Source of the DNA: an uncultured Nitrospiraceae bacterium | Lineage (GTDB): Bacteria > Nitrospirota > Thermodesulfovibrionia > Thermodesulfovibrionales > Dissulfurispiraceae | Reading direction: 5' to 3' | Assembly (NCBI GenBank): GCA_963705105.1 | Contig: CAVPIW010000007.1 | Span: forward strand, 64,001 to 128,000 | DNA length: 64,000 nt | Part shown: positions 1-13,136 of the stretch, one piece after another | How the letters are laid out: each line of letters starts with the position of its first letter | Numbering within the stretch: position 1 is the first letter of the stretch | Notes under the pieces: model-generated | Told to the model about the DNA's origin: nothing | The model's input: the letters and a program-made list of their open reading frames with translations, nothing else | Database searches by the model: none | Position numbers and translations under genes: made by a program

Positions 1-943
<943 letters not shown>

Positions 944-998
944 AACTCCTCCTTGCGATCAAGCTATCTAACCTTAAATAAAATAATTATATACCGGA

Positions 999-3077
999 TT
1001 ACTCGCCCTTCACCTTGGCGACAATCGCATCAAGAATGTTCTTCGGGACCTCTTCGTAGTGGGAGAACTGCATGGTATACGTCGCTCTTCCCTGTGTCCG
1101 CGACCTGAGGTCCGTGGCATAGCCGAACATCTCCGAGAGGGGCACCTGGGTCCTGATCACCTGGGCGTTTCCTCTCTTCTCCATGGACTGGATCTTACCC
1201 CTCCGCGCATTGATGTCGCCGATGACGTCACCCATGTATTCCTCGGGCGTCACGACCTCGACGGCCATCACCGGCTCGAGCAGGACGACCTGCGCCTTTT
1301 TTGCCGCATCCTTGAACCCCATGGAGGCCGCGATCTTGAAGGCCATCTCGGACGAATCGACTTCATGATAGGACCCGTCGATGAGCCTCACGCGGACGTC
1401 GGTGACGGGGTAGCCGGCCAGGACTCCGCCGTCCATAGCTTCCCGGACCCCCTTTTCGACGGCCGGTATGTATTCCCTGGGGACGGATCCGCCGACGACC
1501 TTGTTTTCGAACTCGAAGCCCTCTCCCCTCTTCAGGGGCTCCACTTCAAGCCAGACATGACCGTACTGACCCCGGCCGCCGGACTGCCGGACGAACTTCG
1601 ATTCGATCCTCGCCGGGCCCTTGATCGTCTCCTTGTATGCGACCTGGGGCTTGCCGACATTGGCTCCGACCTTGAATTCCCTCATGAGCCTGTCGACGAT
1701 GATCTCGAGATGCAGCTCCCCCATGCCCGATATGATCGTCTGGCCCGTTTCCTCATTAAAGGATACTTGGAAAGACGGGTCTTCCTGGGCGAGCTTCGCC
1801 AGAGAGATGGACAGTCTCTCCTGGTCCGCCTTCGTCTTCGGCTCGATGGCGACGGAGATCACCGGTTCGGGAAACTCCATCGATTCGAGGATGATGGGGT
1901 CCTTCTCGTCGCACAGTGTGTCCCCTGTCAGGGTCTGCTTGAGACCGACAATGGCGGCGATGTCGCCCGCCCCGATCTCCTTGATCTCTTCACGCTTGTT
2001 GGCGTGCATCCGGAGGATGCGACCGATTCTCTCCTTGGCGTCCTTCGTGGAGTTGTAAATATAGGATCCCGCGGGCAGGACGCCGGAATAGACCCTTATA
2101 AACGTAAGCTGCCCCACAAAGGAGTCCGTCATGATCTTGAATGCAAGGGCTGCAAAGGGTTCATCGTCGGAGGCCCGCCTCTCGCGCTCCGTCCCGTCGA
2201 CGGGGCTTTTCCCCATGATGGGCGGCACCTCGAGCGGCGACGGCAGGTAATCGACGATGGCGTCCAGGAGAAGCTGAACACCCTTGTTCTTGAAGGCGGA
2301 GCCGCAGAAAACGGGCGTGATCTTCAGCTCGATCGTTCCCCGCCTCAGGGCGTGCCTGATTTCATCGGGCGTCACGTCTTTGCCCGATATATATTTATCC
2401 ATAATCGTTTCATCGATATCGGCGAGGGCCTCGATCATCTTTTCGCGGTAGGCCCTGGCGCTGTCGAGAAGCGAGCCGGGTATATCATCTTCTATGAACC
2501 GGGCGCCCAGCGTCTCGTCATCGAAATAAAAGGCACGCATCGTCACGAGGTCTATGGGGCCCCTGAAGGTGTCCTCCTGTCCGATGGGGATCTGGACAGG
2601 CACCGGCGAGGCGCCGAGTTTTTCGACCATGCTCGCGACGGCGGCAAAATAATCCGCCCCCACCCTGTCCATCTTGTTCATGAAGGCGATCCTCGGCACG
2701 TCGTACTTGCTGGCCTGCCTCCAGACCGTCTCCGATTGGGGCTCCACGCCGGCAACGGCATCGAAAACCGCAACGGCGCCGTCGAGCACCCTGAGCGACC
2801 TTTCCACTTCTATGGTGAAGTCCACGTGACCGGGCGTGTCGATGATGTTGATGACGTGGTCCTTCCAGGAACAGGTCGTCGCCGCGGAGGTTATGGTGAT
2901 GCCCCGCTCCTGCTCCTGCGGCATCCAGTCCATGACGGCGGTGCCCTCATGGACCTCCCCGATCTTGTATGTTACGCCTGTATAGAAGAGGACGCGCTCC
3001 GTCGTCGTCGTCTTGCCCGCATCGATGTGGGCCATGATGCCGATATTCCGCGTTCTCTCCAGTGGGAACCGTGACAT
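999..3077 (-). CDS. fusA: Elongation factor G
   Basis: [37 protein letters not shown] motifs; 692 aa; str operon position. Confidence 0.99.
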   Translation of the reverse strand: MSRFPLERTRNIGIMAHIDAGKTTTTERVLFYTGVTYKIGEVHEGTAVMDWMPQEQERGITITSAATTCSWKDHVINIIDTPGHVDFTIEVERSLRVLDGAVAVFDAVAGVEPQSETVWRQASKYDVPRIAFMNKMDRVGADYFAAVASMVEKLGASPVPVQIPIGQEDTFRGPIDLVTMRAFYFDDETLGARFIEDDIPGSLLDSARAYREKMIEALADIDETIMDKYISGKDVTPDEIRHALRRGTIELKITPVFCGSAFKNKGVQLLLDAIVDYLPSPLEVPPIMGKSPVDGTERERRASDDEPFAALAFKIMTDSFVGQLTFIRVYSGVLPAGSYIYNSTKDAKERIGRILRMHANKREEIKEIGAGDIAAIVGLKQTLTGDTLCDEKDPIILESMEFPEPVISVAIEPKTKADQERLSISLAKLAQEDPSFQVSFNEETGQTIISGMGELHLEIIVDRLMREFKVGANVGKPQVAYKETIKGPARIESKFVRQSGGRGQYGHVWLEVEPLKRGEGFEFENKVVGGSVPREYIPAVEKGVREAMDGGVLAGYPVTDVRVRLIDGSYHEVDSSEMAFKIAASMGFKDAAKKAQVVLLEPVMAVEVVTPEEYMGDVIGDINARRGKIQSMEKRGNAQVIRTQVPLSEMFGYATDLRSRTQGRATYTMQFSHYEEVPKNILDAIVAKVKGE

Positions 3078-3092
3078 GAAAAATGAATCTCC

Positions 3093-3563
3093 TTACCACC
3101 TGTAATGAGCGAAGGCCCTGTTCGCCTCGGCCATCTTGTGGGTGTCCTCTTTTTTCTTTATCGAGGAGCCCGTATTGTTAAAGGCATCGAGGAGTTCTCC
3201 GGCAAGGCGCTCGACCATGGTCTTCTCCTTGCGGGCCCGGGAATAACTGATGACCCACCGGAGCGCAAGGGCGACCTTCCGCTGGGGTTTGACCTCCATC
3301 GGCACCTGGTAGGTTGCACCTCCCACCCTCCTGGGCCTGACCTCGAGGATAGGCTTGACGTTCTCCATGGCGGTCTTGAACGCCTTGAGCGCATCCTGAC
3401 CCGTCTTGTCCCGGAGAATGTCAAAGGCGCCATAGCATATCCGCTCGGCCGTCGCCTTTTTGCCGTCCTTCAGGATGACGCTGATGAACCTGCTCACCAG
3501 CTTGCTGTTGTACTTGGGATCCGGTAAGATCTCCCTTTTCTCCGCTACCCTTCTTCTTGCCAT
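3093..3563 (-). CDS. rpsG: 30S ribosomal protein S7
   Basis: LPDPKYNS...[11 protein letters not shown]...[15 protein letters not shown]. Confidence 0.99.
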   Translation of the reverse strand: MARRRVAEKREILPDPKYNSKLVSRFISVILKDGKKATAERICYGAFDILRDKTGQDALKAFKTAMENVKPILEVRPRRVGGATYQVPMEVKPQRKVALALRWVISYSRARKEKTMVERLAGELLDAFNNTGSSIKKKEDTHKMAEANRAFAHYRW

Positions 3564-3599
3564 AATATCCTACTCCAGCTCTCTTTCGTGAACGTTCCG

Positions 3600-3971
3600 T
3601 TACTTCGGCCTTTTCGCCCCGTACTTCGACCGGCCCTGTCTCCTGTTGGTGACACCTGCACAGTCCAGCGTCCCTCTCAGTATGTGATACCGCACACCGG
3701 GAAGGTCCTTCACTCTTCCGCCCCGGATGAGAACGATCGAGTGCTCCTGGAGGTTGTGGCCCACGCCGGGAATGTAGGAGGTCACTTCCATGCCGTTCGT
3801 CAGCCTCACCCTCGCGACCTTCCGCAGAGCCGAGTTCGGCTTTTTCGGCGTCGTCGTATAGACCCTGACGCAGACCCCGCGCTTCTGCGGGCAGTTCTTC
3901 AGGGCCGGGCTTTTCGTCTTGTTCTCTATCCTTTTCCGTCCTCTCTTAATGAGCTGTGCAATTGTCGGCAC
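3600..3971 (-). CDS. rpsL: 30S ribosomal protein S12
   Basis: PTIAQL...[22 protein letters not shown]...[16 protein letters not shown] start with GGAGG RBS. Confidence 0.99.
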   Translation of the reverse strand: MPTIAQLIKRGRKRIENKTKSPALKNCPQKRGVCVRVYTTTPKKPNSALRKVARVRLTNGMEVTSYIPGVGHNLQEHSIVLIRGGRVKDLPGVRYHILRGTLDCAGVTNRRQGRSKYGAKRPK

Positions 3972-4033
3972 ATTCCCTCCAGTTCTTCCTTGAGATCAGT
4001 GTACAGTGAAAAAGCAAAATTGTCGAAAGAAGA

Positions 4034-4062
4034 ATACTACCAGACCGGGCGGGTTTTGTCAA
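4034..4062 (-). promoter_or_regulatory. Putative sigma-70 promoter of the rpsL operon
   Basis: Minus strand TTGACA-17 nt-TAGTAT upstream of rpsL. Confidence 0.6.
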
Positions 4063-4200
4063 GCTTTCTCCATGAAACGTCTGGGGAATCTCTTCTCGCG
4101 GCGGCGGGAAATGCCGGGAAATTGACAAAGGACTCCCTGAACGTTTACACTGAAATGATTAAAAATCAAGCAGCTAACTGATCAGCTGGAGGAGGAACCC

Positions 4201-5448
4201 TTGTTAAAGGCTCTCGAGGACATATCGGCAACGAAGAAAAGGCTGAAAATAGAGATTCCCGCGGACCGTATCGAGAAGGAGATCAGGACGGCGCTTCTGG
4301 ACGTCCAGAGGCGATCGAGGATACCCGGGTTCAGGCCTGGCAAGGCGCCGATGAGCATTATAGAGCGGAAATTCGGCAAGACGGTGGAATCGGAGGTGCT
4401 GGAGAAGATCGTCCCCGAACATTATATGATGGCCCTCAAGGAAGCCGACGTCGTCCCCGTCGCCGAACCGGTCGTGGACGAGTCGACACCCTATGAAAAG
4501 GATGTCCCCATGTCCATGACGCTCACCGTCGAGGTGAGGCCGAAGATCGAGGACCTCTCCTACGAGGGGATCGCCGTGACAGACATGCCCCAGGACGTCG
4601 CCGATGAAGAGGTTCAGGCGGCCCTGCAACGCCTTGCCGAGGAGAAGGCCTCCTACGAGCCCGTCGACGAGCCGGTCGCGCCGGGAGATCTCGTGACGGT
4701 CGACTACACCGTTGCCGATGAAGGGACGGTCACAAAAGACACGGTCATCAAGATCGGCAGCGGTCCCTATCCCCAGGAGTTCTTCGACGGTCTCATCGGA
4801 AAGAGAAAAGATGAAAGGACTGACGTTGAAGCGTCATTCCCCGACGACTCGCCGACCCCCTTTGCCGGGAAAAGGGTCCGGTTTGATATCACCGTCAAGG
4901 ATGTAAAGAGAAGGGACGTCCCGCCCCACGACGACGAACTGGCGAAAGACCTCGGCATGGAGACGATCGATCAACTGAAGGAGAGGGTGAGGGAAAACAT
5001 ACTCGCTTCGAAGGGCAGGTCCGAAGAGGGGAGGAAGAAAAGGCAGATCCTCGATGCCCTTCTCGGGAAGCACGATCTGGAAGTGCCCGAGGGCGTCCTC
5101 AATGCGAGGATCGAGGGCATCATCGCCGAAATGAGGGCCAAGAGCAATGACGAGAGGCCCGACGAGGCCCTGCGGGAGGAGATCAGGCCGGACATGGAAA
5201 AGAGCATGAAGGCATCGATCATCCTCGAACTGATTGCCGAGCGCGAGGGCATCAAGGTCACGGACGATGACATGAAAATGGAGATCCTCACGCTCTCACA
5301 GGCATACTACATGACGCCGGAAAACATCATGAAATACTATATGGCCCGTGACGGCTCCCTCGAGGGGCTGAAACGGACCCTGCTCGAGCGCAAGACGCTC
5401 GACTTGCTCCTCGGAAAGGCCACAGTCGAAAAAGGAGAACAGGCATGA
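4201..5448 (+). CDS. tig: Trigger factor
   Basis: [10 protein letters not shown] ribosome-binding signature; FKBP-like middle domain; tig-clpP-clpX order. Confidence 0.96.
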   Translation: MLKALEDISATKKRLKIEIPADRIEKEIRTALLDVQRRSRIPGFRPGKAPMSIIERKFGKTVESEVLEKIVPEHYMMALKEADVVPVAEPVVDESTPYEKDVPMSMTLTVEVRPKIEDLSYEGIAVTDMPQDVADEEVQAALQRLAEEKASYEPVDEPVAPGDLVTVDYTVADEGTVTKDTVIKIGSGPYPQEFFDGLIGKRKDERTDVEASFPDDSPTPFAGKRVRFDITVKDVKRRDVPPHDDELAKDLGMETIDQLKERVRENILASKGRSEEGRKKRQILDALLGKHDLEVPEGVLNARIEGIIAEMRAKSNDERPDEALREEIRPDMEKSMKASIILELIAEREGIKVTDDDMKMEILTLSQAYYMTPENIMKYYMARDGSLEGLKRTLLERKTLDLLLGKATVEKGEQA

Positions 5449-6059
5449 GTATCGTTCCAATTGTTATAGAACAGACGGGCAGGACGGAAAGAGTCTACGA
5501 CATCTACTCGAGGCTCCTCAAGGACAGGATCATCTTCATCGGCATGGGGATAGACGACATGGTCGCCAACGTCGTGATCGCCCAGCTCCTCTTTCTCCAG
5601 ACCGAAGAGCCGGATAAGGACATCCATATCTATATCAACTCTCCCGGCGGCATCGTGTCGGCGGGGCTCGCCATCTATGACACGATGCAGTATGTGAAAC
5701 CGGACATAGCGACGTACTGCATCGGCCAGGCCGCGAGCATGGGGGCACTCCTCCTGTGCGCCGGCACGGCGGGCAAGAGATTCGCCCTGCCCCACTCACG
5801 CATCATGATCCACCAGCCCATCGGCGGTTTCTACGGCCAGGCGACGGACGTGGAGATCCATGCCCGCGAAGTGCTGAAAATGAAGGAGACCCTCAACAGG
5901 ATCCTCTCGAAGCATACGTCCCAGCCCTACGAGAAGATCCAGGCGGACACGGAGAGGGACTTCTTCATGTCCGGCGTGGACGCAAAGAATTACGGGCTTG
6001 TCGACGACGTCATCGCCTCACTCAAAGAACAGCGGAAAAAAAGCGACGACGGGAAATGA
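5445..6059 (+). CDS. clpP: ATP-dependent Clp protease proteolytic subunit
   Basis: [35 protein letters not shown]. Confidence 0.99.
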   Translation: MSIVPIVIEQTGRTERVYDIYSRLLKDRIIFIGMGIDDMVANVVIAQLLFLQTEEPDKDIHIYINSPGGIVSAGLAIYDTMQYVKPDIATYCIGQAASMGALLLCAGTAGKRFALPHSRIMIHQPIGGFYGQATDVEIHAREVLKMKETLNRILSKHTSQPYEKIQADTERDFFMSGVDAKNYGLVDDVIASLKEQRKKSDDGK

Positions 6060-6078
6060 GTCCGAACGGGAGGGATGA

Positions 6079-7320
6079 ATGCCGAGAAAATCAAATGAAA
6101 ACACCCTGAGGTGCTCTTTCTGCGGAAAAGGCCAGGACGAGGTAAAAAAGCTCATCGCGGGACCCATGGTGTATATCTGTGACGAGTGCGTCGGCCTCTG
6201 CAACGAGATCATCGACGAGGAACGCCACATCTCCGACAGGGAGCTCGCGAAAAGGCTCCCGACGCCGTCTGAAATCCATGCATTCCTGAATGATTATGTC
6301 ATCGGCCAGGAGAGGGCGAAGAGGATCCTCTCCGTCGCCGTGCATAACCATTATAAGAGGATCCAGAGCTCGCCCAAGTCCGACATCGAGCTCCAGAAGA
6401 GCAACATCCTTCTCATCGGCCGGACAGGGACGGGAAAGACGCTCATCGCCCAGACACTGGCCCGTTATCTTGATGTCCCCTTTACGATCGCCGACGCGAC
6501 GACGCTCACCGAGGCCGGGTACGTAGGGGAAGACGTCGAAAACGTCCTCCTCAAGCTGCTCCAGTCGGCAAACTACGATGTCGAGAGGGCCCAGAAGGGC
6601 ATCATCTATATAGACGAGATCGACAAGATCAGCAGGAAGTCGGACAGTCCGTCCATCACGAGGGACGTGTCGGGAGAAGGCGTCCAGCAGGCGCTCCTGA
6701 AGATCATCGAAGGCACCGTTGCAAACATTCCGCCCCAGGGCGGCAGAAAACACCCGCAGCAGGAGTACATCCAGGTCGATACGACGAATATCCTCTTTCT
6801 CTGCGGCGGCGCCTTCGTGGGGCTCGACGCGATCATCGAAAAGAGGATCGGAAAGAGGAGCATCGGCTTCGGCTCGGACATGGCTGTCCCGCAGGTGAAG
6901 AAATCCGACAACTCCTTCAGCCTCGTGGAGCCGGAAGATCTCATCAAGTTCGGCATGATCCCCGAATTCGTCGGCAGGCTTCCCGTCGTCGCGACCCTGG
7001 AAGAGCTGGATGAGGCGGCCCTCGTGAAAATCCTGACGGAGCCGAAAAACGCCCTCGTGAAGCAGTACCAGAAGCTCTTCGCCCTTGACGATGTGCGGCT
7101 GAAATTCTCCGAGAGCGCGCTGACGGCCATTGCGCGGAAGGCCATCGACCGCAAGTCGGGGGCGCGGGGGCTCAGGGCGATCCTCGAGGACATCATGCTT
7201 GACATCATGTATGAGATCCCGTCGATGAGAGGGGTCTCGGAGTGCGTCATCAGCGAAGATGTGGTCATGAAAAAGGAAACGCCGATTATTGCCTACGGAA
7301 AACAGGCCGAATCGGCGTAA
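6079..7320 (+). CDS. clpX: Clp protease ATP-binding subunit ClpX
   Basis: CSFCGK zinc-binding domain, [40 protein letters not shown] loop. Confidence 0.99.
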   Translation: MPRKSNENTLRCSFCGKGQDEVKKLIAGPMVYICDECVGLCNEIIDEERHISDRELAKRLPTPSEIHAFLNDYVIGQERAKRILSVAVHNHYKRIQSSPKSDIELQKSNILLIGRTGTGKTLIAQTLARYLDVPFTIADATTLTEAGYVGEDVENVLLKLLQSANYDVERAQKGIIYIDEIDKISRKSDSPSITRDVSGEGVQQALLKIIEGTVANIPPQGGRKHPQQEYIQVDTTNILFLCGGAFVGLDAIIEKRIGKRSIGFGSDMAVPQVKKSDNSFSLVEPEDLIKFGMIPEFVGRLPVVATLEELDEAALVKILTEPKNALVKQYQKLFALDDVRLKFSESALTAIARKAIDRKSGARGLRAILEDIMLDIMYEIPSMRGVSECVISEDVVMKKETPIIAYGKQAESA

Positions 7321-7407
7321 GAAAAGTGTCAGTGACAGTGTGAGTGTCAGTGTGAGTCTGCAATAAGTCAGGGGCCTTTGCGACCATTTGAACTGACGAC
7401 TGCTTTT

Positions 7408-7622
7408 ACCTATCGTTGCAACATGACATCCGGAAAGGCGGGGCGTATGCACCGAAAACCTTGCTGCGGCGACACCTGTATCAAAACGAAAGACGACCTG
7501 TACGCCTATGGTCGATGATACAAAGAGTGGAATCCTGAAACACAAACCTGACGAGGCGTATCGTCGCCTTCAGCAAGGCTTTGAGGAGCTTCGCCCCGCC
7601 TTTCTACGCAACTACTAAGGTT
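7408..7622 (+). repeat. Palindromic dispersed repeat, family A (full copy)
   Basis: Left arm ACCTATCGTTGCA..GAAAGGCGGGGCGTATGCACCGAAAACCTTGCTGCGGCGAC; right arm GTCGCCTTCAGCAAGGCTTTGAGGAGCTTCGCCCCGCCTTTC..GCAACTACTAAGGTT; closely similar inverted copy at 53401-53616. Confidence 0.9.
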
Positions 7623-7631
7623 TACTGCCAC

Positions 7632-8093
7632 TCACACTTTCTTTTTATGCGTGAGCGCCTTTTCGACGGCCGAGCGGATCGCATCCCGGACGCCGGGGTC
7701 GGGAATGGCGCAGACCGTTTTTTCCACCCACGCCTTGTCGGCTTCGTGAAGCTTTGCTCTCTCTTCATTCTCCATGCCTGACGGCATGCGCCGCGAATGT
7801 CCCCTGCCTTTTTGACGGGGAAGGGACCCGTATTTCAACTTCACCGAGCGGACAGCATAGCTTTGAAGACGCTCCGCGATCGTGGTCCTGTGAAATTTAA
7901 GTTCCTGTAGCCAGGCAGGGGAATCGACGAGAAGCAGCAACTCGCCCTCTGTCAGGTCAACGGGGAAGGTGTGTGACGGGATGGGAGGGCCGAGCAGACC
8001 GGGCCAGTCGCGCTGCAACCGCAACAGGCTGACACCCTCTTCAATTCCGAGGTTCTTTAAGAATTGGTCGAGAAGGGAGCCGACAGGTCTCAC
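7632..8093 (-). CDS. DUF721/DciA-family protein
   Basis: Probable GTG start at 8093 (VRPVGSLLDQFLKNLG...WPGLLGPPIPSHTFP...LLVDSPAWLQELKF) matches the DUF721 pattern. Confidence 0.75.
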   Translation of the reverse strand: MRPVGSLLDQFLKNLGIEEGVSLLRLQRDWPGLLGPPIPSHTFPVDLTEGELLLLVDSPAWLQELKFHRTTIAERLQSYAVRSVKLKYGSLPRQKGRGHSRRMPSGMENEERAKLHEADKAWVEKTVCAIPDPGVRDAIRSAVEKALTHKKKV

Positions 8094-8167
8094 GGCGATG
8101 CGGGGTTTCCGCCAACAACAGCAGGAGGGTGAGGGATCAGGCCCTGCACCCGGAAAAACAGCGGAGT

Positions 8168-8356
8168 CTAAACGGCCTTGACGACCTTGTTCGAGCGGAT
8201 GCACCGCGTGCAGACATATTCCCTCCTGACCCCGCTCTTCGTCGAAATCCTGATCCTCTGTATGTTCGGGAAAATGACTCTCTTCGTCTTGTTATTTGCG
8301 TGGCTGACGTTCTGACCGACGGTCCTGGTCTTTCCGCATACAACACAGCTTGCCAT
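8168..8356 (-). CDS. rpmB: 50S ribosomal protein L28 (zinc-ribbon type)
   Basis: MASCVVCGK...[18 protein letters not shown]...[18 protein letters not shown]. Confidence 0.97.
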   Translation of the reverse strand: MASCVVCGKTRTVGQNVSHANNKTKRVIFPNIQRIRISTKSGVRREYVCTRCIRSNKVVKAV

Positions 8357-8551
8357 GGATCCTCCTCTAAAAGAGAACGGGGCCGGCGGAAAAGACAGAC
8401 CGTGCCGGCACCGGATCATCAAAAAGTTGCAGCACCGGAACGGTGCTGTTCATTGAAATATTAAAGTTCAATATGATAACATGAAAAGATATTTCTTACA
8501 AGGTCTTTGTGGTGAACAACAAACTGGTCCGTATCCGGGGGGAAACTATAG

Positions 8552-10909
8552 ATGTCAATCAATGATATAAAAAGCACTGAGTTAGCGAAAGAGCTTGGCG
8601 TGAAAGCCACGGAAGTGGTTCGGATTCTCGGGGAGCTCAGGGGAATTGAATACAAGAAGGGCACGACGAATCTGAAACTCAGTGCTGAAGAGGCCGGGAG
8701 AATCAGGGAGGCCATGGGCAGAGCGCCTGTGGCGCCTGAACGGGTCGAGCCCGTTCCTTCCCAGCGCCCCCCTCAGCCCGTGCCCGGTGAACCTTCGGCG
8801 AAGAGACCGGTGGAAAAGCCCGTTGCCGTGCCCGTGAGAGAGCCGGAGCCGCCCCTGCAGGCTGAAGAGCCTGACGTCGAGGCCGTCGGGCCGGAGACCG
8901 TCACTGCAGAGGAGGCTGTCCAACCCCCCGTCGGTCCGGAAGAAGAGGTCGAGAGCAAGGTTCCCGACCGTTTCAAGAAGGACATCGTGTTCGAGAAAGT
9001 CGAGAAGATCAAGGTAAAACCGACGATGCAGAAGGCCTTTCAGGCGATCAAGAAGATCGAGCCGAAACGCTGGGTCGATCAGAAAGGCCAAAGGAAGCCG
9101 AAGGACCGCTTCCGGAGGCCCGAACCCCTGCAGCCCACTCCCATCACGGCCCCCCGCAGGAAGTCCCTGAAACTCGGAGAAGGCACGACGGTCAAGGAGT
9201 TTGCCGAACTGATCGGCCACAAGATCCCCGAGGTCATCAAGAAATTCATGGATCTCGGTTACATGCCGAACATCAACCAGCCCGTCGACACCGATGCGGC
9301 AATGCTCGTCGCGGACAGTTTCGGCGTCAAAGTGGAGCCTTTCACAGCGGAGCAGGCGGAAGTCGCCGAAGAGGTCGTGGAGCAGACTGAGGACCTCCAG
9401 CCGAGGCCGCCCGTCGTCACCATCATGGGCCATGTCGATCACGGCAAGACATCGCTTCTCGACGCGATCCGCGAGGCGAGAGTGACGGAAACGGAATTCG
9501 GGGGTATAACGCAGCACATCGGAGCGTACAAGATCACCCTCCAGGGCAAGGATATCACCTTCCTCGACACGCCCGGTCACGAGGCGTTTACAGCCCTCAG
9601 GGCCCGGGGCGCAAAAGTGACGGACATCGTCGTCCTCGTCGTCGCCGCCGATGACGGGGTGATGCCGCAGACCGTCGAGGCGATCAACCATGCCAAAGCC
9701 GCCAACGTCGCAATACTCGTGGCGATCAACAAGATCGACAAGGAGGAGGCGAATCCCGGCAAAGTGAAGAACGAGCTTGCGGAACACGGCGTCGTTTCCG
9801 AGGAGTGGGGCGGTCAGAACATCTTCGTCGAAGTCTCCGCGAAGAAGAGAATCGGTATCGAGCACCTCCTGGAGATGATCCTCCTGCAGGCCGAAATCCT
9901 GGAATTGAAGGCGAACCCGAACAAACCGGCCAAGGGGACCATCATCGAGGCGAAACTCGACAAGGGCAGGGGACCCGTCGCAACGGTCCTGATCCAGTCG
10001 GGAAGCCTGAAGATCGGCGACGCCTTTGTCGCCGGCACGGCATCGGGAAGAGTCCGCGCGCTCATCGACGACGCCGGCAAAAAGATCACGTCCGGGGGGC
10101 CGTCCGCGCCCGTCGAGGTGATCGGCTTTTCAGAGGTGCCGACGGCGGGAGACATCTTCAGCTCTGTCGAGGACGAGAAAAAAGCCCGTCAGATCGCCCT
10201 TGCGAGACTGCATAAACAGAGACTGGCCGAGATCGCCGTCCGGAGGAAACTCACCCTCGACGAGTTGTACGCGAAAATAAAGGAAGGGCAGATCAGGGAC
10301 CTGAATATCATCATCAAGGGTGACGTCCAGGGATCCGTCGAAGCGATCAAGCAGTCCCTCGAGGATATTCACCACCCTGACGTCAAGGTCCGTGTCATCC
10401 ACACATCCGTCGGAGGCATCAACGAATCCGACGTCATGCTCGCCTCCGCCTCCAACGCGATCGTCATCGGCTTCAACGTCAGGCCTGAACTGAAGGCGTC
10501 GCAGATCGCCGAGAAGGAAGGCGTCGATGTCAGACTCTACAATGTGATCTACGAGGCGATCGAAGACGTCAAGAAGGCCCTTGAGGGACTCCTTGAACCG
10601 ACTCTCAAGGAAAAGATCCTAGGCAGGGCGCAAGTGCGCCAGACCTTCCAGATCTCGAGGATCGGCACGATCGCCGGCTGCTATGTCATCGACGGCGTCA
10701 TCCAGCGTGCCAGCGACGGCATCCGGGTCATCAGGGACAACATCGTCATTTACGACGGGAAAGTCTCCTCCCTCAAGAGATTCAAGGAGGATGTCCGGGA
10801 GGTCCAGACGGGCTACGAGTGCGGCATCATGGTCGAGAACTTCAATGACCTCAAGATGGGCGACATCCTTGAGGATTACGTCATCGAGAAGATCGCGGCG
10901 AAACTGTAA
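8552..10909 (+). CDS. infB: Translation initiation factor IF-2
   Basis: [51 protein letters not shown]. Confidence 0.99.
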   Translation: MSINDIKSTELAKELGVKATEVVRILGELRGIEYKKGTTNLKLSAEEAGRIREAMGRAPVAPERVEPVPSQRPPQPVPGEPSAKRPVEKPVAVPVREPEPPLQAEEPDVEAVGPETVTAEEAVQPPVGPEEEVESKVPDRFKKDIVFEKVEKIKVKPTMQKAFQAIKKIEPKRWVDQKGQRKPKDRFRRPEPLQPTPITAPRRKSLKLGEGTTVKEFAELIGHKIPEVIKKFMDLGYMPNINQPVDTDAAMLVADSFGVKVEPFTAEQAEVAEEVVEQTEDLQPRPPVVTIMGHVDHGKTSLLDAIREARVTETEFGGITQHIGAYKITLQGKDITFLDTPGHEAFTALRARGAKVTDIVVLVVAADDGVMPQTVEAINHAKAANVAILVAINKIDKEEANPGKVKNELAEHGVVSEEWGGQNIFVEVSAKKRIGIEHLLEMILLQAEILELKANPNKPAKGTIIEAKLDKGRGPVATVLIQSGSLKIGDAFVAGTASGRVRALIDDAGKKITSGGPSAPVEVIGFSEVPTAGDIFSSVEDEKKARQIALARLHKQRLAEIAVRRKLTLDELYAKIKEGQIRDLNIIIKGDVQGSVEAIKQSLEDIHHPDVKVRVIHTSVGGINESDVMLASASNAIVIGFNVRPELKASQIAEKEGVDVRLYNVIYEAIEDVKKALEGLLEPTLKEKILGRAQVRQTFQISRIGTIAGCYVIDGVIQRASDGIRVIRDNIVIYDGKVSSLKRFKEDVREVQTGYECGIMVENFNDLKMGDILEDYVIEKIAAKL

Positions 10910-11012
10910 ACCTGACAGCCGCCGGTGTTCCTGCCGCCGGGCCCGGAGCCGCATCTCCATCTGCTGATGTTCTCCCTTCGCACATGTTCACCACATCTCA
11001 GGAGACGATACC

Positions 11013-11360
11013 GTGCATCCCTATAAACGGTCCCAGAGACTGAACATCCTTCTCCGCGAGGAGATCGCCGATATCATCATGAGGAGGCTGAAGGACCCCC
11101 GCCTCGGCTTCGTCACCGTCACCGACGTCGAACTCGCCGAAGACATCAAGACGGCGAAGGTCTTCGTGAGCATCTTCAACGAGCAGGAGCGCGAGCTGAC
11201 CCTTGAGATCCTCAATGGGGCGAAGGGCCTGATCCGTAGTGAAATATCGAAACGGGTGCGGGTAAAATTCATTCCCGTCCTGACCTTTCTCGTCGACGAG
11301 TCCGCCGAGCGTGGCAGCAGGGTGGACAGACTGCTGAAGGAGATACGTGACAAGACATGA
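11013..11360 (+). CDS. rbfA: Ribosome-binding factor A
   Basis: LKDPRLGFVTVTDVEL..D...AKVFVS...P.LTF..DES. Confidence 0.96.
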   Translation: MHPYKRSQRLNILLREEIADIIMRRLKDPRLGFVTVTDVELAEDIKTAKVFVSIFNEQERELTLEILNGAKGLIRSEISKRVRVKFIPVLTFLVDESAERGSRVDRLLKEIRDKT

Positions 11361-12325
11361 TCCCTCCTGACGAGCTTTTACACGCGCTGCGCCGGGAAGA
11401 CCGCTTCTCGATCATAACCCACATCAGCCCCGATGGCGACGGCCTCGGATCGGCCCTTGCTCTTGCCGCCGCCCTCGATCAGGCGGGAAAGGAAACGGCC
11501 GTCTATTGCAGGGATGCCGTGCCGCAGCAGTACCGCTTTCTCCCCCGGTGGGAGGCCTTCCGGCCCATGGATGATGTCACCGACTTTCAAACACTGGTCC
11601 TCGTTGACTGCAACGACCTCGACCGCATCGGCATCGCCAAAGGACAGGCCGGGAACATCACCTTCCGCTCCTCCATCGTCATCGATCACCACGAAAGCGA
11701 ACGCCCCTTCGGCGATATCCGGTGGATAGAACCCAATGCAGCGGCGACGGGCATGATGATCGAACGGCTTATCCATGCTCTCGGGCTGACGATCAACAGG
11801 GATATGGCCCTCAGCCTCTATACGGCAATCATCGTTGACACGGGAAATTTCCGCTACGAGAACACCACGGGCGAGGTGCTGACGACGGCGGCGAGGCTCG
11901 TCGAGGCCGGCGCTGAACCCCATCTCATTGTGAGCGAAGTGTTCGACTCCTGGACGGAAGGCAGGTTCAGGCTTTTCATCGAAGTCCTGGGGACGCTCGA
12001 AATCCTGGACGACGTCGCCTTCATGACGGTCACGCAGGAGATGCTCAGGAAGACGAAAACATCCGTGTCGGATGTGGAGACCTTCGTCTCCTTCCCTAAA
12101 ATTCTCCGGAATGTCAAAACGGCAGTGCTTCTCAGGGAAATGGACGACGGCGCGTACAAGGTCAGCCTGAGATCGAAGAACGCCGTCAACGTCGCGAAGA
12201 TCGCCGAGACCCTCGGGGGAGGCGGCCACAAAAACGCTGCGGGGTGCAAGATCAGGGATGATGCCGCGACGTCACGGGAGAGGCTCTTTCAGCTGATACG
12301 CTCTTCAGCCCGCGCCCCGAAATAG
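11357..12325 (+). CDS. nrnA: DHH/DHHA1 phosphoesterase (NrnA-like nanoRNase/pAp phosphatase)
   Basis: HISPDGDGLGS, LVDC, IDHH, DTGNF, SLRS, GGGHKNAAG; follows rbfA. Confidence 0.9.
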   Translation: MIPPDELLHALRREDRFSIITHISPDGDGLGSALALAAALDQAGKETAVYCRDAVPQQYRFLPRWEAFRPMDDVTDFQTLVLVDCNDLDRIGIAKGQAGNITFRSSIVIDHHESERPFGDIRWIEPNAAATGMMIERLIHALGLTINRDMALSLYTAIIVDTGNFRYENTTGEVLTTAARLVEAGAEPHLIVSEVFDSWTEGRFRLFIEVLGTLEILDDVAFMTVTQEMLRKTKTSVSDVETFVSFPKILRNVKTAVLLREMDDGAYKVSLRSKNAVNVAKIAETLGGGGHKNAAGCKIRDDAATSRERLFQLIRSSARAPK

Positions 12326-12333
12326 CATGAGGG

Positions 12334-12552
12334 CTAATCGAGATTTCTCAGTTCCTCCGTCTTCAGGTTATAGACGGCGTCGTAGACAGCCTGTTCCGCG
12401 GAATCAAAGGGTCTGCGCTCCAGAACACTCCGAAAAGCGAGTTCTCCGGCAATCTCCTCTATTAGGCTTTCGGTGGGTTTGTTCCATTCAAAGTCTTTCC
12501 GCGCATCCAGAATAGCCATCATCTCGATCTCAGCCCTCCTCTTCGCGTCCAC
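12334..12552 (-). CDS. Hypothetical protein (72 aa)
   Basis: GTG start preceded by GGAGG; plausible composition; no recognisable motif. Confidence 0.55.
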   Translation of the reverse strand: MDAKRRAEIEMMAILDARKDFEWNKPTESLIEEIAGELAFRSVLERRPFDSAEQAVYDAVYNLKTEELRNLD

Positions 12553-12587
12553 TTCAATCCTCCGCCTGTTAACCTTTTGCCCTTAGC

Positions 12588-13136
12588 TCAGCTTATTTCG
12601 ATTTCTTCAAATCTTCGCAAAAAATCCCCTTGCAGCGCTTCGTCGAACTGCCTCAGCCAGTGGAGGATGTACTCTCTGTCGAATCCGGGGTTCTTCAGAA
12701 GGATCGTCCTGATGTCCTCGATATCTCTCGGTCTGCCTGCGATAATCTTGTGGATGAAAACGTCTTCGATTGAAGCTATTCTGACGGTCACATCGTCGAA
12801 GACTGCGCCCACCGCCCTCTTTATGGCCTGTCTTTCATAAGGGGAATACGAAAATATGAAATCTATCCGTATGCCTGAAGAAGTATCCATTGACGGCAAG
12901 ACCATCGTTTTGTTCACGAAGTCTTCGATGTCATCCACCAATATCTTGAGATCAAGTTCGAATACAAGGTTCCTGACTTTATCAAGAGCGGAGAGATCGG
13001 CGCCGAGGGTGATATCGATATCCTTTGTGAATCTCGGCTCACCATAAAAAAGAACCGCCTGGCCGCCGATTATCATGTATGGGAAGTCTTCTCTGTCAAG
13101 GCCGGCGGCGAGACGCTTCAAAAGTTCTTTAAACAC
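12588..13136 (-). CDS. Nucleotidyltransferase (DUF6036/AbiEii-like), putative TA component
   Basis: YMIIGGQAV..YGEPRFTKDIDI and KIIAGRPRDIEDI motifs of Pol-beta-like NTases. Confidence 0.8.
   Translation of the reverse strand: MFKELLKRLAAGLDREDFPYMIIGGQAVLFYGEPRFTKDIDITLGADLSALDKVRNLVFELDLKILVDDIEDFVNKTMVLPSMDTSSGIRIDFIFSYSPYERQAIKRAVGAVFDDVTVRIASIEDVFIHKIIAGRPRDIEDIRTILLKNPGFDREYILHWLRQFDEALQGDFLRRFEEIEIS

Noticed and set aside
1059..3074. 671-aa plus-strand ORF, and similar long antisense ORFs (6091-7545, 8582-9865, 25327-26505, 53808-55031, 59267-60739)
   Set aside because: Antisense shadows of well-identified genes, expected from GC-rich codon bias; no motifs
7321..7360. Possible CRISPR array from periodic repeats here and in other spacers
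   Set aside because: Periods of 6-9 bp without unique spacers; no cas genes
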